From: Octopus vulgaris
Lineage: Eukaryota
Reading direction: 5' to 3'
Length of the DNA stretch: 64,000 nt
Assembly (NCBI GenBank): GCA_951406725.2
Contig: OX597833.1
Location: 9,300,001-9,364,000, forward strand
Position 1 is the first letter of the stretch, and every line of letters begins with the position of its first letter. Shown piece after piece: positions 42,454-56,275 of this stretch. Below the pieces are notes generated by a model that was given only the letters and a program-made list of their open reading frames with translations, was not told the DNA's origin and made no database searches. A program made the position numbers and the translations under genes.

Positions 42454-42684
42454 AAAGATAAAAAAAAAAAACAAGTCGAGGCTGAAGTGCTGTGCCTCAG
42501 CCTGGCCAGGGTCTAATGACTGAAACATATAACACAATAAAGGAATATGTGAGCCTAGATATCATGCACACACACACACACATGTGTGTATGTGGTTGTG
42601 TGTGTGTGAGAGTGTGATCATGTGTAGTTGTGTGTGTGTGATCATGTGTAGTTGTGTGTGTGTGTGTTTGATGGTCCTACTTAC

Positions 42685-42835
42685 ATTTATTGTTCCTTCC
42701 TGTCTCTTTAGTTTTCTTTGAAGTTGTGTGTGGAGAATCTTTATGAAGAAGCTCAGACTTGAGTGTGGAGAGATTTCTCAATGACTTGGAACTGAGGACG
42801 GCTTCAGGGGACACTTCTTGTATGTAGGGCTCTCT
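42685..42835 (-). CDS. BTB-zinc finger gene, internal linker exon (151 bp)
   Basis: Pyrimidine tract + cag|AGA GAG CCC (phase 0); AAA T|gtaagt (phase 1); phases match both neighbouring exons. Confidence 0.85.
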
Positions 42836-43855
42836 CTGAGGAAGGGAAGAGAAAAATATAAACATTGATAATACCATCATCATCATCACACCCAACACAA
42901 ACATCACCATCATCACTACATCCAACACTAATAGTACTGAATTCTAGACCTTGAGATTAGAAAGTGAACATTCGCCATGCTGCAGCAACACACACACAAA
43001 CACACAGATGGTTAACTAGTTCACTTCCCAAAATGTGCTTCCAGTTTTGGTCCTACAGTTCTGTGCACACAGTGTTCTACTAAAGCCATGATGTGACCAA
43101 TGCCATATGAAGGAATTGCAGACAAACTCTAGGAAGTACAACCCCTGCTTCCTGTCACCCCTATTCTTCTTTGCACCACCATCCAGGTTGACCCAAATAT
43201 ATCCCTCCATGACACACACATATGTCAGATAGCTTCACAAACACACACATATACATACACACAAACAGAATATTACGCATATATCAACTCCATATACACA
43301 CACACTTTATCCAGCAGTGCCATATGCACACACCAATGGATAACAGGGACATGCACACTCATGCACATGCACACACACGGATAAAAACATGCAATATTCA
43401 TGCATAAACACACACAATACACACGTACACAACAGTGTAACACATACTTTATGTATAAACATGCACACACTTGCATGCACACATGCTACTTGCACAAAGC
43501 ATACATTTGGCTGCTGCACACGTTTGCACAAACACACACACACACACACATCTAATAATCTCACACACTTCCCTCATGTGCAGGTGCTTCTTTACTCACA
43601 TACACACATACTCATATAATCTTCATATTTACATGCATGCTTCCCCACACGCACATATACACGCATACACATATACAAACACACACATTACCCTCACATA
43701 CACACACATGCTTATGCACGAACACATTAACCAAGTCAGTATTGTCTCCTTTGCCATCAACCACTTTCTTCCTTTCGGCCAATTCAACATGGGAAATCAT
43801 TAATCCAGACACATTTTTTTCTCTCTTCCTTTATTCTTTCCTCTTCCTTTCTATA

Positions 43856-44343
43856 GAAGTGAATAGGTTCAAAACATTAAAGATTCTTTCGTTTCTTGAG
43901 CATCAAACTAATAAATCTTGTTTGTTGTTCCTCCATAAATCTGATTTTTGTTTTTTGTACAATTCTGAACGATATATATCCTCATCCTCAAACGTTTCTA
44001 CTTTTCAGGGTCACTTTGAGATGATCTGTCACAATCAGGAATACTAACAGTATTTGCGGATGGGCAAATTCATCACAAGGGAAACAAAATTAGAATTTGT
44101 GTTTGAAGCAGCTTAAATAATGTAAATGTCATCAATATAACATACATAATGTATATGTGTGTAGTTAAACGCTGTGAAGCTGCAGCATTTGTCCAGGAGA
44201 GACACTTTAAACACACACACACACACAGACAGAGTTGAAATTTACAGAAAAACAAAAGATATGTGTAGAAACAACAAGCAGGTGTATTAGTTTGATGCTC
44301 AAGAAGATGAGAAAGTCTTTTATATTTTGAGCCTACGCTCTTC
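43856..44343. mobile_element. Inverted pair of ~110-bp Penelope-like terminal-repeat remnants with decayed hammerhead cores
   Basis: 43856-43965 matches the reverse complement of 44237-44343 (shared TTCTTGAGCATCAAACTAATA). Confidence 0.6.
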
Positions 44344-44863
44344 AACGGAAAGGAACCCGAAGAAATAAACAGGGAGGGAATTAAAAAAAAAAATTTGTGG
44401 GTTTAATGGTCAATCATAACTCTTTGGAAATATAAACACCTGAAATGTTGAAATGTTTAGTCACCATGATACACTAACAATCATATTTATTGATTAACCT
44501 TTTTGCATGATTTTTCTTGGATTCTGCCTTGAACCAATCAATAATAGTGGCAACAACAACAACATAATGGGGAATGTAAAATCTGAGATAAACTTTGCAT
44601 TTTGAAGTTTGGGAGTTTAAATAAGTAACTTTACTCCCATCACATAAAGAACTTCTCCAAACTCTTCCAGCATTTCTTTATAATGTTTATTGATGTTACC
44701 AGCAGCAATTTCCATTGACTCTTTCGATTTTTTTCCTATTACTTGCAATAAACTATCTCTGAAAAGGGAGGGTGTCCATGGCTGGAATGTCTTTAATTAT
44801 ATTCAGACTTCAAGATGTAAATTAATCATTAACAACAACAACAACAACAACAGGAATACTTAC

Positions 44864-45351
44864 ATCAAGTTTTGGTTTCACCTTGTCAGTGATAAAAGCC
44901 TTCTGTTCCCGAATCAACTTATTACAGATACTGATCACTTCCTCTAGACCAAGATAACGAGCCAAGCGCTTGAGGTCAAGAAGGAGCTTGCTGGAGCATT
45001 TCACAACTCCTGTATAGAGGAATGTTAGGGCAATGAGGACAGTTTCTTCATCAAAGTCTTTCACGTCTAAAACATATTTTGCTGCCTTCTCATCAAAGCT
45101 GACAATATCAAAAAATTTGAAGCAGAAATTGTCAAAGATGCAAGCATGTGCAACAAGTTGTGCCAGCTTCTTCTTTGTGTGCTGCACATTGGCATTAGTT
45201 CCTGTGCGGCACTGCACCAGTAAGAAACAGTGAGTGCCTTCCTCCTGTTGCTCTTGAATATTGCGTTGTACATGACGGATGTAGTTGTCATAGATGTGGA
45301 ATAAGTCTTCAGAGGAGGAGAGCGGACGTGACACACACAATTCAGCTTCCT
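44864..45351 (-). CDS. BTB-zinc finger gene, exon encoding the first BTB domain
   Basis: ttttcag|AG (phase 1) and GAT|gtaagt (phase 0); LVAHACIF..FC..F, LTFLYTG, LARYLGLEEVISIC BTB motifs; no Met, so an upstream coding exon is required. Confidence 0.9.
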
Positions 45352-45440
45352 CTGAAAAATAAAAACAAACATAATAAATAATGATGATGATAATAATAAT
45401 AAGAAGAAGAATAATAATAATAATAATAATAAGAAGAAGA

Positions 45441-45641
45441 ATCCTTTCTACTATAGGCACAAGGTCTGAAATTAGTGGGGATTAGATTGACCCAGTATGC
45501 AACTGGTGCTAAATTTATCGACCTCAATAGGATGAAAGGCAAAGTCAACTGAGGTGGAATTTGAACTCAGAAAATAGCAACAGACGAAATACTGCTAGGC
45601 ATTTTGTCCAGCGTGCTAATGACTCTGCCAGCTTACCACCT
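45441..45641 (-). mobile_element. SINE family A in (AAT)n
   Basis: Full head-body-tail match. Confidence 0.85.
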
Positions 45642-45664
45642 TAATAATAATAATAATCATAGAA

Positions 45665-48640
<2,976 letters not shown>

Positions 48641-48819
48641 AGAATGTAAGAGCAGGAAGGGGATAGTGGTTGACACCTGTGAAAAAGGAGGACTTTTACT
48701 GGCACATGTCTGGGTGTAGTGAGTCCTTGAACATGTCAAAGAAAGCAGGTGTAGGTAAATATACATAGGCTACTCAATGTCAGTCTCTCTCCATAATAAT
48801 AATAATAATAATAATAATT

Positions 48820-49251
48820 TTTTCTACTATAGGCACAAGGCCTGAAATTTGGGAGAGGGGGATAACCAATTACATCAACCCCAGTGTTTCACTGGTACTT
48901 AATTTATCAACCTCAAAAGGATGAAAAGCAAAGTCAACCTTGGCAGAATCTGAACTTAGAACACAGCGGCAGACAAAATAGCACTAAGCATTTCAACCAG
49001 TGTGCTAACAAATCTGCCAGCTTGCTGCCTTAATAATGCTTTCTACTGGAAGCACATGAGCTCAGGTTTAGGGGAAAGGATTAAATTGATTACATCGACC
49101 CTACTGTGTAAACTGGTACTTATTTAATTGACCCCGAAAGGATTAAAGGCAAGCTTGACCCTGGTAGAATTTGAACCCAGAAAGTAGTGGCAGACGAAAT
49201 ACTGCTAAGCATTTTGCCCAGCATGCTAATGATTCTACCAGCTTGCCACCT
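48820..49251 (-). mobile_element. Two tandem SINE family A copies (48820-49031, 49040-49251)
   Basis: Two full matches, head-to-tail, between (AAT)n and (TAG)n. Confidence 0.85.
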
Positions 49252-49280
49252 TAGTAGTAGTAGTAGTAGTAGTAGTAACG

Positions 49281-50215
49281 ATTTCTTTATTAACCACAAG
49301 GGTCTACATTAAGAAAAACATTATGGACAGAACAGGACAAAACAAAGAATGTGTGTGTGAGTGTGTGTTGTGAGGGTTTTGTGTGTAAAGAAGACTAACA
49401 AAATTGAAAAAGAAAAAGAACAACAATGTATAATCCTCAATAGGGAGGAGACATTTGAGGGTTGCTCACGGAAAAACCCCATGGAAAACCATGGGTACCC
49501 TGACTTTTGGGGCAGGTGTGTTTTTCCCAACTACAGGGATATGCTCCAGGCAGGACCATCCACTCGCACCATTCTCACCACTTTCATCCACTTTTCAGCA
49601 AACTGGCCAAAAAACAACACTTCCCTCTCGACCCTTATTTTCCTTTTCAAATGAAACTTGAAGTTTATCAGAGTCAAAGAGAAAAGTGTTTGTCTTCAGC
49701 CCCTTCAATCTCGTCCACCATACAACCTCTTTTGTCATGGCCACCAGGCATGTAAACACAGCCTTTCCTTCGTGGTTAAAGGAAAGTGGCAGGCAATCTT
49801 CACAATTCAGTTGACAGCTGGATCCATCCCATATGCAACAGCAGGTGCTCAACATAAACCCACAGATCGGTAATGCTTGGGCACTGGACAAATGCATGCA
49901 GGACTGTCTCATTGTCCTGCGCACATCTCAGACATGCTTGCCTGTAAAGTTTATCTCAAACAGGCAAATCTCCCTGGTAGCACTGCCAGGCCAGCGATTT
50001 TTGGAAATTATCCATTGGTCCTGGGCTGAAAGTTCTCAAGAAAAGAGGGGCTAACTGATCTTCTTTGATACCCAAGGTGTCTCCAAGAACATCATTGCAT
50101 TTTTCCTCTACAAGTACTCTATAAAAAGCTAACGTAGACGTTCCACCTATTGTAGTGTCTAATTGGTTGAGGGCTGTGAGCGCTTGAAGACATTCCACAG
50201 CCCAAATGCATCCCT
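49281..50215 (-). mobile_element. L1/Tx1-clade LINE 3' fragment with 3' UTR
   Basis: FQKSLAWQCYQGDLPV, C.RC..ETVLHAFVQC zinc knuckle, KEVVWWTR, KRKIRVERE..F.EKW. Confidence 0.75.
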
Positions 50216-50349
50216 TGCTATTTTAACAATGTGTGGAGAGCAACGTTCAAACTTTACCTAAGGGATATTCCTGAACATGTAAATTTCGTTTTTCTTTGAG
50301 AAATATTGGTTAAATTTTACCAATAAAAATCATATTGTGCAATGAATAT

Positions 50350-51124
50350 ACAAATCTTATATAATGAGGAGAGGTCAATTCATGTTAAAAAAAACAAAAG
50401 AAAACCTTTTAATCAGATCCAAAAGACTTTTGAACAAACTTAAAAATCCATCAGAAGATGGTGTGATTTGGTTTTTCTCAGATGAGAAAAACTTTGACCA
50501 GGGCCAGAAAACTAACAGAAGAAATGACAGATGGACCTTTCAAGAGTATAATACACACAAAATTTCTTGCAAGTGTCATGGTTTTGGGTGTTGTTAGCAA
50601 TGAAGGACATGTGATGCCTCCTCACATTTTTCCACAAAGCTTTAGGGTGAATTCTGCTGCATATATTGAGGTTCTGGATAAATTTAAGTCTTGGACCAAC
50701 ATACTATGCAATGGAAGGCCTTATGTCTTTCAACAAGATTCTGCACCATCACACAAGAATGGATGGCCGACAATTTGCATGATCACATCACCCACCCAAC
50801 ATTTGGCCACCTAATTCTCGAGATCTCAATCCACTGGACTACTATGTATGGAGCATCATTGAGAAAAATGTCAATGAACACCCTATAGCACCAAAGATTC
50901 TTTGAAAGCTGGACAAGGACCACTTAATCCGAGATTGTAAACGATTTCGACCCCATGTAGAGGCAGATATTGATGCTTTTGGTGGTTCTATTGAATGAAA
51001 TTATTAATTCGATAATTTAGCTTTCTGTTTATGTTATTTTTATAAAGATACAGTTTTTTTCTGTTATTATATGAGCATTTTTTAAAAACCATAAATCTGT
51101 CCTCAGATACTGTCCGGGCCCTGT
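50350..51124 (+). mobile_element. Mariner-like (probably DD37D/maT) transposon, 5'-truncated
   Basis: WFFSDEKNF, VMVLGVVS, FQQDSAPSH, WPPNSRDLNPLDYYVW; right end ...CCCTGTA at 51124. Confidence 0.88.
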
Positions 51125-52637
51125 ATACAGGCACACACACAAACTATGATGTAGGTTTAATACAGTTAGTATTCATTACTAAACACCATGTCATTGTAAA
51201 TACAGTTATCCTATTTATGTTTACATGTCATCAAAAATTGGGCTCATCTCATTCACATTATTGTCACTATTTTGATACAAGCCAAATGAAATTAATATAT
51301 TCTTTCTACATATAACATGCAGTGTATATAACAACCAGTGGGTTTATCACATCTACTATATGCTGGGCCCTAGCACCTGCAAAAGGAAATGGCATCAGAA
51401 GGTTGTTTGGTTTGCTCAACCCTTCTCCCTCTGGTATGCCAGAAGACCAGTAGGAGTGAGGCATCTCTTAGCTTTTATTAAGGAGAAGTCTGTTCTGATG
51501 TAAAACCGGATATGCAGGGGAAGACACTGAGCATTTAAGAGATTTTTTGTTTGCGCTTGAAATCACGATGCTCCTACACTCCTGAGCCTGTGACCCATAT
51601 TACCTTGCCCTGGCTTGTTTCTGCATCAGTAGGATGAAGAGGATCTTTGAGATGTTATGCAAGCCTTATTGAGCCTAAAAACTTTAGGTTGTGCAATCGC
51701 CGGTGAAGCAACTATCCAATGCCCAGCCAAGTAGGAGGACACCGTTGCCAGCATGGAAACTGTGGACGCAAACTTAGGTTAGGCGAACTGCTGGTGTAAT
51801 AGCCCCTTGCATGGGCAATGGTCAGTAATAGTCCTCCTTGGTCACTATATTACGAGCGCACACATGCAAACATACATAATTGTTTGGCCTGCTAGGGTTA
51901 ACAGCCAAATCTCCCTCACCTTGCTGGTTTAAAATAAAAATACGGACACACTGGATAATGTGATTCTAGAATATACTGTATTAAAAACAAAAAAAACAAA
52001 AAGAAACAATCGTGTTGGTCATATCTGTAATGTCTTTCATCAGAAGCGTGCTGTCGGGTTCCTTATAATACGAGACGGAGCCAGGAAGAGAAAAAGTTTA
52101 CATACGGGGGAGATAATCGACGACTAAGTGAGTTGTTTCCCTTACTCCATTGATAACTAGAATGTTGTGAATCTGCAATTTTTATTGCAACCGGTCCATT
52201 TATTTTGGCAAATTAGTTTTATAAACGCATAAAGTAGAGAATAAAACAGCTGTGAAGAAAAGTCTCTGGCAAAACCAAAAGTAATGGCAAAAAAAAGGAC
52301 AAGTTTTCAATAAACAGAATATAATTTAAATACAACTGTTTTGCAAAACGCACACACACAATTTCTTTATATAGTTTCTGCACCTGAATTACAAAAACAA
52401 CTGTAAAATTATAATTGTGGGTTCTGCCACATCTTAACACATTTACTCTGTGTGTGTGTATACACCTATAAAATGAATAGTTTAAAGTAAACAATACACA
52501 CACATATATATATATAGGATGCGCTTTGAATAAAAACAAGTGTCGTCATCTCTTAGAGAATGCTCAAGTTAAAGTGGCGATAAGCACTACCTTTATCTGT
52601 CTGTCTGTCCGCCTGTCTCTCTCTCTCTCTCTCTCTG

Positions 52638-52715
<78 letters not shown>

Positions 52716-52989
52716 ATCTATCTATCTATTTATCTCCTTATAAAAAAAAAAAAGCAAATATCCTTATAAAAAGTAAAGCTTGTTTGTACGTTGATCGCTG
52801 AAAACACTAAATAAAATTGATAATATTTCATGTTTTCGTTTTATTTCAATTAATTTGACCATTTCGCAGATAACTGTGCACTCATTGTCTGAAAGCGGTA
52901 TGCATTGGGGGTATGAGTTGATGGTATATTGGCTCTGGTTTCTAGTAATTCATGTACTATTTCACTGTAATGTTTTTTAGAGATAAGGC

Positions 52990-53325
52990 ACACCTACAAA
53001 ACAGTGCCCCACCGAATTTGTTTTTTTTTTTTCGTAACTTTAGGGAAAATGGATATCTCTAAATAAAATGTATGCTTCTAATGGTGTAGATTCCAACTAT
53101 ATTGGGATTTGCAGTGTAAACCTTTTTCCACTCTGATCAAAGCCGAATCGTTTGAATTTTCTGAAACTGCTCTCCTGACTTGAGGAAAATATTTTTCACA
53201 ACAAAATCCGATATAATCGGAATCTAAACCATATGAAATGATTTTGTATAAAGTTTCATTAAAAAATATCTATTTTTCTATAAGTTAGGAAACAAATTCT
53301 GTGGGGCATTGTTGACTATATATGG
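52990..53325. mobile_element. Fold-back MITE with ~140-bp imperfect inverted arms
   Basis: AACAGTGCCCCACCGAATTTG..TGGTGTAGATTCC versus the reverse complement of the right arm AACAATGCCCCACAGAATTTG..TGGTTTAGATTCC. Confidence 0.75.
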
Positions 53326-53632
53326 CCATAAATGAATGTTTTTCTTTTTTCGTTTTATATACACACACACATGCAAGAAGACTGACATTTTTGCATACAT
53401 ATTCTGACGTATAAACATAACACGCACACACACATACATACTAGTACCACAACTACTGCCTACACCAATAGAACTAACAACTCTAAAAACTTCTCCAGGA
53501 CAACTCTCGTGATTACCACCACCAATACTAACAATACACCAGAAAATGGGGAGGAAGGGGCCCTTTATAGTTACAGATAAGCACCCACTGGGGTTGCAAA
53601 GACATTCTTCTTCATGTTTCTTCCTGTCTTAC

Positions 53633-53702
53633 CATGCAGTCTATTCATTGGACAGCTGATATCTGTGTATTTTATAACTATGGCCTTATCTGCTGATAGC
53701 AT
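53633..53702 (-). CDS. Candidate first coding exon of the BTB-ZF gene (MLSADKAIVIKYTDISCPMNRLH)
   Basis: tttttag|ATG...CAT G|gtaaga; a phase-1 donor fits the acceptor at 45351. No homology support. Confidence 0.25.
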
Positions 53703-54003
53703 CTAAAAAGAATATCCATCCAGATAAATAGACAATAGTCCTAAAGACAGAAACCAAATGTCTATGAAGCCAAAAGGTCTCCACAACACAACGGCAGTTT
53801 CTAAGGCCAAGTCAAATGCCCAATTCGCAGTTTATGCCAAATCGCATTTTCCACTCACTACAGATTCATCTTATTTGCAAAACGCTTACACATTGAACTA
53901 TGATTGGAATATCCCTTCTCGTACAATTACAAGTAATTGAAATTTTCAGTTATGAGTACATTTGAGCACAGTCCAGGAGGTCTCCTGCTTGTATTCGCTC
54001 TTT

Positions 54004-54070
<67 letters not shown>

Positions 54071-54580
54071 GTGAAGACCCGTTGAGGCAAGAGAAAATCA
54101 AAATCAAAATCAAACCAAATCAAATCAGATATCAGAAAGCAGAACCAAAATCGAAGTCGATCAACATCAATGGAAATTGCAGCTGTGATACCAGTGCCGG
54201 TGACAAGTAAGCGAACCATCCGATCGTGGCCGTTGCCAGCGCTGCCCCGACTGGCCTCCGTGCCGGTGGCACGTAAAAAGCACCATCCATTCATGGCCGT
54301 TGCCAGCCTCGCCTGGCCCCCGTGCCGGTGGCACGTAAAAAGCACCATCCGTCCGTGGCCGCTTGCCAGCTCCGTCTGGCACCTGTGTGGGTGGCACGTA
54401 AAAGCACCTACTACACTCACGGAGTGGTTGGCGTTAGGAAGGGCATCCAGCCGTAGAAACACTGCCAGATCAGACTGGGCCTGATGCAGCCTTCTGGCTA
54501 CACAGACCCCAGTTGAACCGTCCAACCCATGCTAGCATGGAAAGCGGACGCTAAATGATGATGATGATGATGATGATGAT
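54071..54580 (+). mobile_element. RTE 3' UTR copy with ~55-bp internal tandem repeats and a (GAT)n tail
   Basis: GGTGGCACGTAAAA.GCACC x3; GGCGTTAGGAAGGGCATCCAGCCGTAGAAAC; flanked by TA tracts. Confidence 0.85.
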
Positions 54581-55316
54581 ATATATAGACACACACACAC
54601 ATGCATGTGTGTATGTGTGTGTCTGTGTATATAAATAATTTCGGAAGACAAATTTCCAAATCAATCAGGTGCAACCCTTCAGCGTTATATGCATCTAAAT
54701 TTTGGGGATTAATCGATATGCGGGTATTCTATTTCAGATAATACAAAAATAACCCAATGAGTATCAGTTTGCACATCACGAAATAATACCTAAAGGATAT
54801 AACCAAAATTACCAGCAGGGTTTATAATAATCTTCATTAATTATATCATATTTTAGTTAAAACTTGTATTTATTAAATATGAAGGAACTACATGTGTTTC
54901 AGTACTGGAAGATTACAGTATATATACATACACACAACTGTATACCTATATATGTATACATATATAAATACATATATGCAATTGTCAGATTTACAATTCC
55001 AAAACATCTTCAGGTCCTATTTGAAAATATTATGTATCTAATTTTACATCCATTTAAAAATAAGCAATACAATTAAGCGTTAAAGATTAAAAATTAAGAA
55101 TTAAAAGTTAAGAATAAAAATTACACGTTGTAATATTAAGAATTAAAATTTATAAATTATACATTATAAATATGAATTAGTATGTATATCAATCATGTAA
55201 AAAAATCAAGTATATGTGAAAAACAGAATGTGAGATATAAGATTAAATATCAGAATAAAAATGTCTGTGTTAAAAGTGATGTATAACAAGAAAAATTCAA
55301 ATACATATTTGATGAT

Positions 55317-55348
<32 letters not shown>

Positions 55349-55554
55349 TATACACATATATATATACATATATTATATGAGAGAGAGAGGGGGAGATGAA
55401 GTTTTGTTTAATTCAAAGATAGCAGTGATTAAAATGACCTTCCTTTATATGAATACAAAGAAACTTTTATAAAAATCTTTTGCATGATGCTATGCAATTC
55501 CTTCTCAGGAAAAAAAACCCAAAAAACTATCACAACAGATTTAAGGATAATATC

Positions 55555-55903
55555 AGTTATCTTATACTTGTGGCCATGCTGGGGCACCACCTTGAGGAAT
55601 TTCATTTGGATAAATCTTCCCCAGTACTTTTTTAAAAATCTGGTACTTATTCTATCGGTCTTTTTGCTGAACTGCTAAGTTACAGGGGCATTAACATACA
55701 AGCACTGGTTGTCACAGACACAAAAGCCATACACACGAATGACATACAACAGGCTTCTTTCAGTTTCCATCAACCAAATCCATTCACAAGTCATTGGTCA
55801 ACTTAGGCTATAACAGAAGATACTTGCACAAAGTACCACACAGTGGGACTGAACCCAGGACCACATGGCTGGGAAGCAAACTTCTTACCACACAGTCACT
55901 CCT
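55555..55903 (-). mobile_element. SINE family B
   Basis: Reverse-complement match to 8920-9346. Confidence 0.8.
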
Positions 55904-56007
55904 AATTATAAGTAAATACTTATGTTTATGTATTTACAAGATTCTATTTATAATTTGTCTTAAAGTATAACATTGAATGATGATGATCATCATCATTATA
56001 ATGAACA

Positions 56008-56275
56008 TCATCATCATCATCATCATCATCATCACCATCACCATTTAACATCCGTTTTCCATGCTGGCAAGGGTTGAATGGTTTGACCATCTGAAGGGTT
56101 GTTCAGGCTCCATGTCCCTGTTTTGGCACGGTTTCTATGGGTGGATGCCCTTCTTAACACCAACCACTTTACAGAGTGTACTGGGTGCTTTTAGGGCAGC
56201 CATGCTTGACAAACCACCAGGAGTCTCAGTCCCCGGTCATTTCCTCTGTGAGTCCCAATGTCTGTAGACCCTTTC
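56008..56275 (-). mobile_element. RTE 3' tail fragment
   Basis: (CAT)n + TTTAACATCCGTTTTCCATGCTGGCA..GGATGCCCTT. Confidence 0.75.
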
